A DNA stretch of 64,000 bases from the NCBI RefSeq assembly GCF_964355755.1, contig NC_092675.1, forward strand, positions 13,387,812-13,451,811, written 5' to 3'. This document shows positions 41,281 through 55,000 of this stretch, piece after piece. The translations under genes and the position numbers were made by a program. The DNA is from Antedon mediterranea (Eukaryota; Animalia; Echinodermata). The first letter of the stretch is position 1. Every line of letters starts with the position of its first letter. A model generated the notes under the pieces. The model searched no databases, was not told where the DNA came from, and was given only the letters and a program-made list of their open reading frames with translations.

Positions 41281-42120
41281 TTTTAGACCATTTTGAGCAT
41301 TTCGACAAAACTTTTTCACACAAAACACCAAAGTGCTTAGAATAGCTTCAAATCGCATTTGGAGACGTTTTAGACCAATTTGTGCATTTCGATGAAACTT
41401 GATTACACAAAAACATCAACGTGCTTAAAATCACATTATAAACCGTTTTAGACCATTTTGAGCATTTCGATAACACTTTTCACACAAAAACATCAAAGAG
41501 CACAAAATAGCTTAATATCGTATTTAAAAACGTTTTAGACCATTTTGAGCATTTAGACAAAACTTTTTCACACAAAACACCAAAGTGCTTAGAATAGCTT
41601 CAAATCGCATTTGGAGACGTTTTAGACCATTTTGTGCATTTCGATGAAGCTTGGTTACACAAAAACATCAAAGTGCTTAAAATCACATTATAAATCGTTT
41701 TAGACCATTTTGAGCATTTCGACAAAACTTTTTCACACAAAATACCAAAGGGCTTAGAATAGCTTCAAATCGCATTTGGAGACGTTTTAGACCATTTTGT
41801 GTTTTTCGAAAAAACTTTTTAACATAAAAACACCAAAGTGCTTAGAATAGCTTCAAATCACATTTGGAGACGTTTTAGACCATTTTGTGATTTTCGAAAA
41901 AACTTGTTAACATAAAAACACGAAAGTGCTTAGAATAGCTTCAAATCGCATTTGGAAACGTTTTAGACCATTTTGTGATTTTCGAAAAAAATTGTTAACA
42001 TAAAAACACCAAAGTGCTTAGAATCACATTATAAACCGTTTTAGACCATTTTGAGCATTTCGATAACAATTTTCACACAAAAACATCAAAGAGCACAAAA
42101 TAGCTTAATATCGTATTTAA
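40480..42120 (+). repeat. 846-bp (10-monomer) tandem duplication
   Basis: CAACGTG at 40571 and 41417; E monomer TAAATCG at about 40845 and 41691. Confidence 0.82.
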
Positions 42121-43089
42121 AAATGTTTTAGACCATTTTGAGCATTTAGATAAAACTTTTTCACACAAAACACCAAAGTGCTTAGAATAGCTTCAAATCG
42201 CATTTGGAGACGTTTTAGACCATTTTGTGATTTTTGAAAAAACTTGTTAACATAAAAACACCAATGTGCTTAGAATAGCTTCAAATCACATTTGGAGACG
42301 TTTTAGACCATTTTGTGATTTTTGAAAAAACTTGTTAACATAAAAACACCAAAGTGTTAGAATAGCTTCAAATCACATTTGGAGACGTTTTAGACTATTT
42401 TGTGATTTTCGAAAAAACTTGTTAACATAAAAACACCAAAGTGCTTAGAATAGCTTCAAATCGTATTTGGAGACGTTTTAGACCATTTTGAGATTTTCGA
42501 AAAAACTTGGTTACACAAAAACATCAAAGTGCTTAAAATCACATTATAAACCGTTTTAGACCATTTTGAGAATTTCGATAACACTTTTCACACAAAAACA
42601 TCAAAGAGCACAAAATAGCTTAATATCGTATTTAAAAACGTTTTAGACCATTTTGAGCATTTCGACAAAACTTTTTCACACAAAACACCAAAGTGCTTAG
42701 AATAGCTTCAAATCGCATTTGGAGACGTTTTAGACCAATTTGTGCATTTCGATGAAACTTGATTACACAAAAACATCAAAGTTCTTAAAATCACATTATA
42801 AACCGTTTTAGACCATTTTGAGCATTTCGATAACACTTTTCACACAAAAACATCAAAGAGCACAAAATAGCTTAATATCGTATTTAAAAACGTTTTAGAC
42901 CATTTTGAGCATTTAGACAAAACTTTTTCACACAAAACACCAAAGTGCTTAGAATAGCTTCAAATCGCATTTGGAGACGTTTTAGACCATTTTGTGCATT
43001 TCGATGAAACTTGGTTACACAAAAACATCAAAGTGCTTAAAATCACATTATAAAACGTTTTAGACCATTTTGAGCATTTCGACAAAACT

Positions 43090-43690
43090 TTTTCACACAA
43101 AATACCAAAGTGCTTAGAATAGCTTCAAATCGCATTTGGAGACGTTTTAGACCATTTTGTGATTTTCGAAAAAACTTTTTAACATAAAAACACCAAAGTG
43201 CTTAGAATAGCTTCAAATCACATTTGGAGACATTTTAGACCATAAGTGCTTAGAATCACAATATAAACCGTTTTAGACCATTTTGAGCATTTCGATAACA
43301 ATTTTCACACAAAAACATCAAAGAGCACAAAATAGCTTAATATCGTATTTAAAAATGTTTTAGACCATTTTGAGCATTTCGACAAAACTTTTTCACACAA
43401 AATACCAAAGTGCTTAGAATAGCTTCAAATCGCATTTGGAGACGTTTTAGACCATTTTGTGATTTTCGAAAAAACTTTTTAACATAAAAACACCAAAGTG
43501 CTTAGAATAGCTTCAAATCACATTTGGAGACATTTTAGACCATAAGTGCTTAGAATCACAATATAAACCGTTTTAGACCATTTTGAGCATTTCGATAACA
43601 ATTTTCACACAAAAACATCAAAGAGCACAAAATAGCTTAATATCGTATTTAAAAATGTTTTAGACCATTTTGAGCATTTAGATAAAACTT
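43090..43690 (+). repeat. 300-bp tandem duplication (A, truncated 48-bp A, B, C)
   Basis: Lines 43081-43380 and 43381-43680 are essentially identical; CATAAG at 43241 and 43541. Confidence 0.95.
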
Positions 43691-45149
43691 TTTCACACAA
43701 AACACCAAAGTGCTTAGAATAGCTTCAAATCGCATTTGGAGACGGTTTAGACCATTTTGTGATTTTGAAAAAACTTGTTAACATAAAAACACCAAAGTGC
43801 TTAGAATAGCTTCAAATCGCATTTGGAGACGTTTTAGACCATTTTGTGATTTTCGAAAAAACTTGTTAACATAAAAACACCAAAGTGCTTAGAATAGCTT
43901 CAAATCGTATTTGGAGACGTTTTAGACCATTTTGAGATTTTCGAAAAAACTTGGTTACACAAAAACATCAAAGTGCTTAAAATCACATTATAAACCGTTT
44001 TAGACCATTTTGAACATTTCGATAACACTTTTCACACAAAAACATCAAAGAGCACAAAATAGCTTAATATCGTATTTAAAAACGTTTTAGACCATTTTGA
44101 GCATTTCGACAAAACTTTTTCACACAAAACACCAAAGTGCTTAGAATAGCTTCAAATCGCATTTGGAGACGTTTTAGACCAATTTGTGCATTTCGATGAA
44201 ACTTGATTACACAAAAACATCAACGTGCTTAAAATCACATTATAAACCGTTTTAGACCATTTTGAGCATTTCGATAACACTTTTCACACAAAAACATCAA
44301 AGAGCACAAAATAGCTTAATATCGTATTTAAAAACGTTTTAGACCATTTTGAGCATTTAGACAAAACTTTTTCACACAAAACACCAAAGTGCTTAGAATA
44401 GCTTCAAATCGCATTTGGAGACGTTTTAGACCATTTTGTGCATTTCGATGAAGCTTGGTTACACAAAAACATCAAAGTGCTTAAAATCACATTATAAATC
44501 GTTTTAGACCATTTTGAGCATTTCGACAAAACTTTTTCACACAAAATACCAAAGGGCTTAGAATAGCTTCAAATCGCATTTGGAGACGTTTTAGACCATT
44601 TTGTGATTTTCGAAAAAACTTTTTAACATAAAAACACCAAAGTGCTTAGAATAGCTTCAAATCACATTTGGAGACGTTTTAGACCATTTTGTGATTTTCG
44701 AAAAAACTTGTTAACATAAAAACACGAAAGTGCTTAGAATAGCTTCAAATCGCATTTGGAAACGTTTTAGACCATTTTGTGATTTTCGAAAAAAATTGTT
44801 AACATAAAAACACCAAAGTGCTTAGAATCACATTATAAACCGTTTTAGACCATTTTGAGCATTTCGATAACAATTTTCACACAAAAACATCAAAGAGCAC
44901 AAAATAGCTTAATATCGTATTTAAAAATGTTTTAGACCATTTTGAGCATTTAGATAAAACTTTTTCACACAAAACACCAAAGTGCTTAGAATAGCTTCAA
45001 ATCGCATTTGGAGACGTTTTAGACCATTTTGTGATTTTTGAAAAAACTTGTTAACATAAAAACACCAAAGTGTTAGAATAGCTTCAAATCACATTTGGAG
45101 ACGTTTCAGACCATTTTGTGATTTTCGAAAAAACTTGTTAACATAAAAA

Positions 45150-48100
45150 CACGAAAGTGCTTAGAATAGCTTCAAATCGAATTTGGAAACGTTTTAGACC
45201 ATTTTGTGATTTTCGAAAAAACTTGTTAACATAAAAACACGAAAGTGCTTAGAATAGCTTCAAATCGCATTTGGAAACGTTTTAGACCATTTTGTGATTT
45301 TCGAAAAAAATTGTTAACATAAAAACACCAAAGTGTTTAGAATAGCTTCAAATCGCATTTGGAGACGTTTTAGACCAATTTGGGATTTTCGAAAAAACTT
45401 ATCAACATAAAAACACCAAAGGGTTTAGAATAGCTTCAAATCGCATTTGGAGACGTTTTAGACCATTTTGTGATTTTGAAAAAACTTGTTAACATAAAAA
45501 CACCAAAGTGCTTAGAATAGCTTCAAATCGTATTTGGAGACGTTTTAGACCATTTTGAGATTTTCGAAAAAACTTGGTTACACAAAAACATCAAAGTGCT
45601 TAAAATCACATTATAAACCGTTTTAGACCATTTTTAGCATTTCGGTAACACTTTTCACACAAAAACATCAAAGAGCACAAAATAGCTTAATATCGTATTT
45701 AAAAACGTTTTAGACCATTTTGAGCATTTAGACAAAACTTTTTCACACAAAACACCAAAGTGCTTAGAATAGCTTCAAATCGCATTTGGAGACGTTTTAG
45801 ACCATTTTGTGCATTTCGATGAAACTTGGTTACACAAAAACATTAAAGTGCTTAAAATCACATTATAAATCGTTTTAGACCATTTTGAGCATTTCGACAA
45901 AACTTTTTCACACAAAATACCAAAGTGCTTAGAATAGCTTCAAATCGCATTTGGAGACGTTTTAGACCATTTTGTGATTTTCGAAAAAACTTTTTAACAT
46001 AAAAACACCAAAGTGCTTAGAATAGCTTCAAATCACATTTGGAGACGTTTTAGACCATAAGTGCTTAGAATCACATTATAAACCGTTTTAGACCATTTTG
46101 AGCATTTCGATAACAATTTTCACACAAAACATCAAAGAGCACAAAATAGCTTAATATCGTATTTAAAAATGTTTTAGACCATTTTGAGCATTTAGATAAA
46201 ACTTTTTCACACAAAACACCAAAGTGCTTAGAATAGCTTCAAATCGCATTTGGAGACGTTTTAGACCATTTTGTGATTTTTGAAAAAACTTGTTAACATA
46301 AAAACACCAAAGTGCTTAGAATAGCTTCAAATCACATTTGGAGATGTTTTAGAACATTTTGTGATTTTTGAAAAAACTTGTTAACATAAAAACACGAAAG
46401 TGCTTAGAATAGCTTCAAATCACATTTGGAGACGTTTTAGACCATTTTGTGATTTTTGAAAAAAACTTGTTAACATAAAAACACGAAAGTGCTTAGAATA
46501 GCTTCAAATCGCATTTGGAAACGTTTTAGACCATTTTGTGATTTTCGAAAAAGATTGTTAACATAAAAACACCAATGTGCTTAGAATCACATTATAAACC
46601 GTTTTAGACCATTTTGAGCATTTCGATAACAATTTTCACACAAAAACATTAAAGAGAACAAAATAGCTTAATATCGTATTTATAAATGTTTTAGACCATT
46701 TTGAGCATTTCGACAAAACTTTTTCACACAAAACACCAAAGTGCTTAGAATAGCTTCAAATCGCATTTGGAGACGTTTTTTATACCATTTTGTGATTTCG
46801 ATGAAACTTGATTACACAAAAACATCAAAGTGCTTAAAATCACATTATAAACCGTTTTAGACCATTTTGAGCATTTCGATAACACTTTTCACACAAAAAC
46901 ATCAAAGAGCACAAAATAGCTTAATATCGTATTTAAAAACGTTTTAGACCATTTTGAGCATTTAGACAAAACTTTTTCACACAAAACACCAAAGTGCTTA
47001 GAATAGCTTCAAATCGCATTTGGAGACGTTTTAGAACATTTTGTGTTTTTCGAAAAAAACTGTTAACATAAAAACACCAAAGTGCTTAGAATAGCTTCAA
47101 ATCGCATTTGGAAACGTTTTAGACCATTTTGTGATTTTCGAAAAAACTTGTTAACATAAAAACACGAAAGTGCTTAGAATAGCTTCAAATCGCATTTGGA
47201 AACGTTTTAGACCATTTTGTGATTTTCGAAAAAAATTGTTAACATAAAAACACCAAAGTGTTTAGAATAGCTTCAAATCGCATTTGGAGACGTTTTAGAC
47301 CAATTTGGGATTTTCGAAAAAACTTATCAACATAAAAACACCAAAGGGTTTAGAATAGCTTCAAATCGCATTTGGAGACGTTTTAGACCATTTTGTGATT
47401 TTGAAAAAACTTGTTAACATAAAAACACCAAAGTGCTTAGAATAGCTTCAAATCGTATTTGGAGACGTTTTAGACCATTTTGAGATTTTCGAAAAAACTT
47501 GGTTACACAAAAACATCAAAGTGCTTAAAATCACATTATAAACCGTTTTAGACCATTTTTAGCATTTCGGTAACACTTTTCACACAAAAACATCAAAGAG
47601 CACAAAATAGCTTAATATCGTATTTAAAAACGTTTTAGACCATTTTGAGCATTTAGACAAAACTTTTTCACACAAAACACCAAAGTGCTTAGAATAGCTT
47701 CAAATCGCATTTGGAGACGTTTTAGACCATTTTGTGCATTTCGATGAAACTTGGTTACACAAAAACATTAAAGTGCTTAAAATCACATTATAAATCGTTT
47801 TAGACCATTTTGAGCATTTCGACAAAACTTTTTCACACAAAATACCAAAGTGCTTAGAATAGCTTCAAATCGCATTTGGAGACGTTTTAGACCATTTTGT
47901 GATTTTCGAAAAAACTTTTTAACATAAAAACACCAAAGTGCTTAGAATAGCTTCAAATCACATTTGGAGACGTTTTAGACCATAAGTGCTTAGAATCACA
48001 TTATAAACCGTTTTAGACCATTTTGAGCATTTCGATAACAATTTTCACACAAAACATCAAAGAGCACAAAATAGCTTAATATCGTATTTAAAAATGTTTT

Positions 48101-49020
48101 AGACCATTTTGAGCATTTAGATAAAACTTTTTCACACAAAACACCAAAGTGCTTAGAATAGCTTCAAATCGCATTTGGAGACGTTTTAGACCATTTTGTG
48201 ATTTTTGAAAAAACTTGTTAACATAAAAACACCAAAGTGCTTAGAATAGCTTCAAATCACATTTGGAGATGTTTTAGAACATTTTGTGATTTTTGAAAAA
48301 ACTTGTTAACATAAAAACACGAAAGTGCTTAGAATAGCTTCAAATCACATTTGGAGACGTTTTAGACCATTTTGTGATTTTTGAAAAAAACTTGTTAACA
48401 TAAAAACACGAAAGTGCTTAGAATAGCTTCAAATCGCATTTGGAAACGTTTTAGACCATTTTGTGATTTTCGAAAAAGATTGTTAACATAAAAACACCAA
48501 TGTGCTTAGAATCACATTATAAACCGTTTTAGACCATTTTGAGCATTTCGATAACAATTTTCACACAAAAACATTAAAGAGAACAAAATAGCTTAATATC
48601 GTATTTATAAATGTTTTAGACCATTTTGAGCATTTCGACAAAACTTTTTCACACAAAACACCAAAGTGCTTAGAATAGCTTCAAATCGCATTTGGAGACG
48701 TTTTTTATACCATTTTGTGATTTCGATGAAACTTGATTACACAAAAACATCAAAGTGCTTAAAATCACATTATAAACCGTTTTAGACCATTTTGAGCATT
48801 TCGATAACACTTTTCACACAAAAACATCAAAGAGCACAAAATAGCTTAATATCGTATTTAAAAACGTTTTAGACCATTTTGAGCATTTAGACAAAACTTT
48901 TTCACACAAAACACCAAAGTGCTTAGAATAGCTTCAAATCGCATTTGGAGACGTTTTAGAACATTTTGTGTTTTTCGAAAAAAACTGTTAACATAAAAAC
49001 ACCAAAGTGCTTAGAATAGC
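45150..49020 (+). repeat. 1925-bp tandem duplication
   Basis: Private TGGG variant at 45381 and 47306; CATAAG at 46056 and 47981; shared CATTAAAGAGAAC and TTTTTGAAAAAAA variants. Confidence 0.93.
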
Positions 49021-52000
49021 TTCAAATCGCATTTGGAGACGTTTTAGAACATTTTGTGTTCTTCGAAAAAACCTGTTAACATAAAAACACCAAAGTGCTT
49101 AGAATAGCTTCAAATCGCATTTGGAGACGTTTTAGACCATTTTGTGATTTTTGAAAAAACTTGTTAACATAAAAACACCAAAGTGCTTAGAATAGCTTCA
49201 AATCACATTTGGAGACGTTTTAGACCATTTTGTGATTTTCGAAAAAACTTGTTAACATAAAAACACGAAAGTGCTTAGAATAGCTTCAAATCGCATTTGG
49301 AAACGTTTTAGACCATTTTGTGATTTTCGAAAAAGATTGTTAACATAAAAACACCAAAGTGCTTAGAATCACAATATAAACCGTTTTAGACCATTTTGAG
49401 CATTTCGATAACAATTTTCACACAAAAACATCAAAGAGCACAAAATAGCTTAATATCGTATTTAAAAATGTTTTAGACCATTTTGAGCATTTAGATAAAA
49501 CTTTTTCACACAAAACACCAAAGTGCTTAGAATAGCTTCAAATCGCATTTGGAGACGGTTTAGACCATTTTGTGATTTTGAAAAAACTTGTTAACATAAA
49601 AACACCAAAGTGCTTAGAATAGCTTCAAATCGCATTTGGAGACGTTTTAGACCATTTTGTGATTTTTGAAAAAACTTGTTAACATAAAAACACCAAAGTG
49701 CTTAGAATAGCTTCAAATCGTATTTGGAGACGTTTTAGACCATTTTGAGATTTTCGAAAAAACTTGGTTACACAAAAACATCAAAGTGCTTAAAATCACA
49801 TTATAAACCGTTTTAGACCATTTTGAACATTTCGATAACACTTTTCACACAAAAACATCAAAGAGCACAAAATAGCTTAATATCGTATTTAAAAACGTTT
49901 TAGACCATTTTGAGCATTTCGACAAAACTTTTTCACACAAAACACCAAAGTGCTTAGAATAGCTTCAAATCGCATTTGGAGACGTTTTAGACCAATTTGT
50001 GCATTTCGATGAAACTTGATTACACAAAAACATCAACGTGCTTAAAATCACATTATAAACCGTTTTAGACCATTTTGAGCATTTCGATAACACTTTTCAC
50101 ACAAAAACATCAAAGAGCACAAAATAGCTTAATATCGTATTTAAAAACGTTTTAGACCATTTTGAGCATTTAGACAAAACTTTTTCACACAAAACACCAA
50201 AGTGCTTAGAATAGCTTCAAATCGCATTTGGAGACGTTTTAGACCATTTTGTGCATTTCGATGAAGCTTGGTTACACAAAAACATCAAAGTGCTTAAAAT
50301 CACATTATAAATCGTTTTAGACCATTTTGAGCATTTCGACAAAACTTTTTCACACAAAATACCAAAGGGCTTAGAATAGCTTCAAATCGCATTTGGAGAC
50401 GTTTTAGACCATTTTGTGATTTTCGAAAAAACTTTTTAACATAAAAACACCAAAGTGCTTAGAATAGCTTCAAATCACATTTGGAGACGTTTTAGACCAT
50501 TTTGTGATTTTCGAAAAAACTTGTTAACATAAAAACACGAAAGTGCTTAGAATCACATTATAAACCGTTTTAGACCATTTTGAGCTTTTCGATAACAATT
50601 TTCACACAAAAACATCAAAGAGCACAAAATAGCTTAATATCGTATTTAAAAATGTTTTAGACCATTTTGAGCATTTAGATAAAACTTTTTCACACAAAAC
50701 ACCAAAGTGCTTAGAATAGCTTCAAATCGCATTTGGAGACGTTTTAGACCATTTTGTGATTTTTGAAAAAACTTGTTAACATAAAAACACCAAAGTGTTA
50801 GAATAGCTTCAAATCACATTTGGAGACGTTTCAGACCATTTTGTGATTTTCGAAAAAACTTGTTAACATAAAAACACGAAAGTGCTTAGAATAGCTTCAA
50901 ATCGAATTTGGAAACGTTTTAGACCATTTTGTGATTTTCGAAAAAACTTGTTAACATAAAAACACGAAAGTGCTTAGAATAGCTTCAAATCGCATTTGGA
51001 AACGTTTTAGACCATTTTGTGATTTTCGAAAAAAATTGTTAACATAAAAACACCAAAGTGTTTAGAATAGCTTCAAATCGCATTTGGAGACGTTTTAGAC
51101 CAATTTGTGATTTTCGAAAAAACTTATCAACATAAAAACACCAAATCGCATTTGGAGACGTTTTAGACCATTTTGTGATTTTGAAAAAACTTGTTAACAT
51201 AAAAACACCAAAGTGCTTAAAATCACATTATAAATCTTTTTAGACCATTTTGAGCATTTCGACAAAACTTTTTCACACAAAATACCAAAGGGCTTCAAAT
51301 CGCATTTGGAGACGTTTTAGACCATTTTGTGATTTTCGAAAAAACTTTTTAACATAAAAACACCAAAGTGCTTAGAATAGCTTCAAATCACATTTGGAGA
51401 CGTTTTAGACCATTTTGTGATTTTCGAAAAAACTTGTTAACATAAAAACACGAAAGTGCTTAGAATAGCTTCAAATCGCATTTAGAAACGTTTTAGACCA
51501 TTTTGTGATTTTCGAAAAAAATTGTTAACATAAAAACACCAAAGTGCTTAGAATCACATTATAAACCGTTTTAGACCATTTTGAGCATTTCGATAACAAT
51601 TTTCACACAAAAACATCAAAGAGCACAAAATAGCTTAATATCGTATTTAAAAATGTTTTAGACCATTTTGAGCAATTAGATAAAACTTTTTCACACAAAA
51701 CACCAAAGTGCTTAGAATAGCTTCAAATCGCATTTGGAGACGTTTTAGACCATTTTGTGATTTTTGAAAAAACTTGTTAACATAAAAACACCAAAGTGCT
51801 TAGAATAGCTTCAAATCACATTTGGAGACGTTTTAGACCATTTTGTGATTTTCGAAAAAACTTGTTAACATAAAAACACGAAAGTGCTTAGAATAGCTTC
51901 AAATCGCATTTGGAAACGTTTTAGACCATTTTGTGATTTTCGAAAAAACTTGTTAACATAAAAACACGAAAGTGCTTAGAATAGCTTCAAATCGCATTTG

Positions 52001-55000
52001 GAAACGTTTTAGACCATTTTGTGATTTTCGAAAAAACTTGTTAACATAAAAACACGAAAGTGCTTAGAATAGCTTCAAATCGCATTTGGAAACGTTTTAG
52101 ACCATTTTGTGATTTTCGAAAAAAATTGTTAACATAAAAACACCAAAGTGTTTAGAATAGCTTCAAATCGCATTTGGAGACGTTTTAGACCAATTTGTGA
52201 TTTTCGAAAAAACTTATCAACATAAAAACACCAAAGTGCTTAAAATCACATTATAAATCTTTTTAGACCATTTTGAGCATTTCGACAAAACTTTTTCACA
52301 CAAAATACCAAAGGGCTTCAAATCGCATTTGGAGACGTTTTAGACCATTTTGTGATTTTCGAAAAAACTTTTTAACATAAAAACACCAAAGTGCTTAGAA
52401 TAGCTTCAAATCACATTTGGAGACGTTTTAGACCATTTTGTGATTTTCGAAAAAACTTGTTAACATAAAAACACGAAAGTGCTTAGAATAGCTTCAAATC
52501 GCATTTAGAAACGTTTTAGACCATTTTGTGATTTTCGAAAAAAATTGTTAACATAAAAACACCAAAGTGCTTAGAATCACATTATAAACCGTTTTAGACC
52601 ATTTTGAGCATTTCGATAACAATTTTCACACAAAAACATCAAAGAGCACAAAATAGCTTAATATCGTATTTAAAAATGTTTTAGACCATTTTGAGCAATT
52701 AGATAAAACTTTTTCACACAAAACACCAAAGTGCTTAGAATAGCTTCAAATCGCATTTGGAGACGTTTTAGACCATTTTGTGATTTTTGAAAAAACTTGT
52801 TAACATAAAAACACCAAAGTGCTTAGAATAGCTTCAAATCACATTTGGAGACGTTTTAGACCATTTTGTGATTTTCGAAAAAACTTGTTAACATAAAAAC
52901 ACGAAAGTGCTTAGAATAGCTTCAAATCGCATTTGGAAACGTTTTAGACCATTTTGTGATTTTCGAAAAAACTTGTTAACATAAAAACACGAAAGTGCTT
53001 AGAATAGCTTCAAATCGCATTTGGAAACGTTTTAGACCATTTTGTGATTTTCGAAAAAACTTGTTAACATAAAAACACGAAAGTGCTTAGAATAGCTTCA
53101 AATCGCATTTGGAAACGTTTTAGACCATTTTGTGATTTTCGAAAAAAATTGTTAACATAAAAACACCAAAGTGTTTAGAATAGCTTCAAATCGCATTTGG
53201 AGACGTTTTAGACCAATTTGTGATTTTCGAAAAAACTTATCAACATAAAAACACCAAAGGGTTTAGAATAGCTTCAAATCGCATTTGGAGACGTTTTAGA
53301 CCATTTTGTGATTTTGAAAAAACTTGTTAACATAAAAACACCAAAGTGCTTAGAATAGCTTCAAATCGCATTTGGAGACGTTTTAGACCATTTTGTGATT
53401 TTCGAAAAAACTTGTTAACATAAAAACACCAAAGTGCTTAGAATAGCTTCAAATCGTATTTGGAGACGTTTTAGACCATTTTGAGATTTTCGAAAAAACT
53501 TGGTTACACAAAAACATCAAAGTGCTTAAAATCACATTATAAACCGTTTTAGACCATTTTTAGCATTTCGGTAACACTTTTCACACAAAAACATCAAAGA
53601 GCACAAAATAGCTTAATATCGTATTTAAAAACGTTTTAGACCATTTTGAGCATTTAGACAAAACTTTTTCACACAAAACAACAAAGTGCTTAGAATAGCT
53701 TCAAATCGCATTTGGAGACGTTTTAGACCATTTTGTGCATTTCGATGAAACTTGGTTACACAAAAACATTAAAGTGCTTAAAATCACATTATAAATCGTT
53801 TTAGACCATTTTGAGCATTTCGACAAAACTTTTTCACACAAAATACCAAAGTGCTTAGAATAGCTTCAAATCGCATTTGGAGAGGTTTTAGACCATTTTG
53901 TGATTTTCGAAAAAACTTTTTAACATAAAAACACCAAAGTGCTTAGAATAGCTTCAAATCACATTTGGAGACGTTTTAGACCATAAGTGCTTAGAATCAC
54001 ATTATAAACCGTTTTAGACCATTTTGAGCATTTCGATAACAATTTTCACACAAAACATCAAAGAGCACAAAATAGCTTAATATCGTATTTAAAAATGTTT
54101 TAGACCATTTTGAGCATTTAGATAAAACTTTTTCACACAAAACACCAAAGTGCTTAGAATAGCTTCAAATCGCATTTGGAGACGTTTTAGACCATTTTGT
54201 GATTTTTGAAAAAACTTGTTAACATAAAAACACCAAAGTGCTTAGAATAGCTTCAAATCACATTTGGAGATGTTTTAGAACATTTTGTGATTTTTGAAAA
54301 AACTTGTTAACATAAAAACACGAAAGTGCTTAGAATAGCTTCAAATCACATTTGGAGACGTTTTAGACCATTTTGTGATTTTTGAAAAAACTTGTTAACA
54401 TAAAAACACGAAAGTGCTTAGAATAGCTTCAAATCGCATTTGGAAACGTTTTAGACCATTTTGTGATTTTCGAAAAAGATTGTTAACATAAAAACACCAA
54501 TGTGCTTAGAATCACATTATAAACCGTTTTAGACCATTTTGAGCATTTCGATAACAATTTTCACACAAAAACATCAAAGAGAACAAAATAGCTTAATATC
54601 GTATTTATAAATGTTTTAGACCATTTTGAGCATTTCGACAAAACTTTTTCACACAAAACACCAAAGTGCTTAGAATAGCTTCAAATCGCATTTGGAGACG
54701 TTTTTTATACCATTTTGTGATTTCGATGAAACTTGGTTACACAAAAACATCAAAGTGCTTAAAATCACATTATAAACCGTTTTAGACCATTTTGAGCATT
54801 TCGATAACACTTTTCACACAAAAACATCAAAGAGCACAAAATAGCTTAATATCGTATTTAAAAACGTTTTAGACCATTTTGAGCATTTAGACAAAACTTT
54901 TTCACACAAAACACCAAAGTGCTTAGAATAGCTTCAAATCGCATTTGGAGACGTTTTAGAACATTTTGTGTTTTTCGAAAAAAACTGTTAACATAAAAAC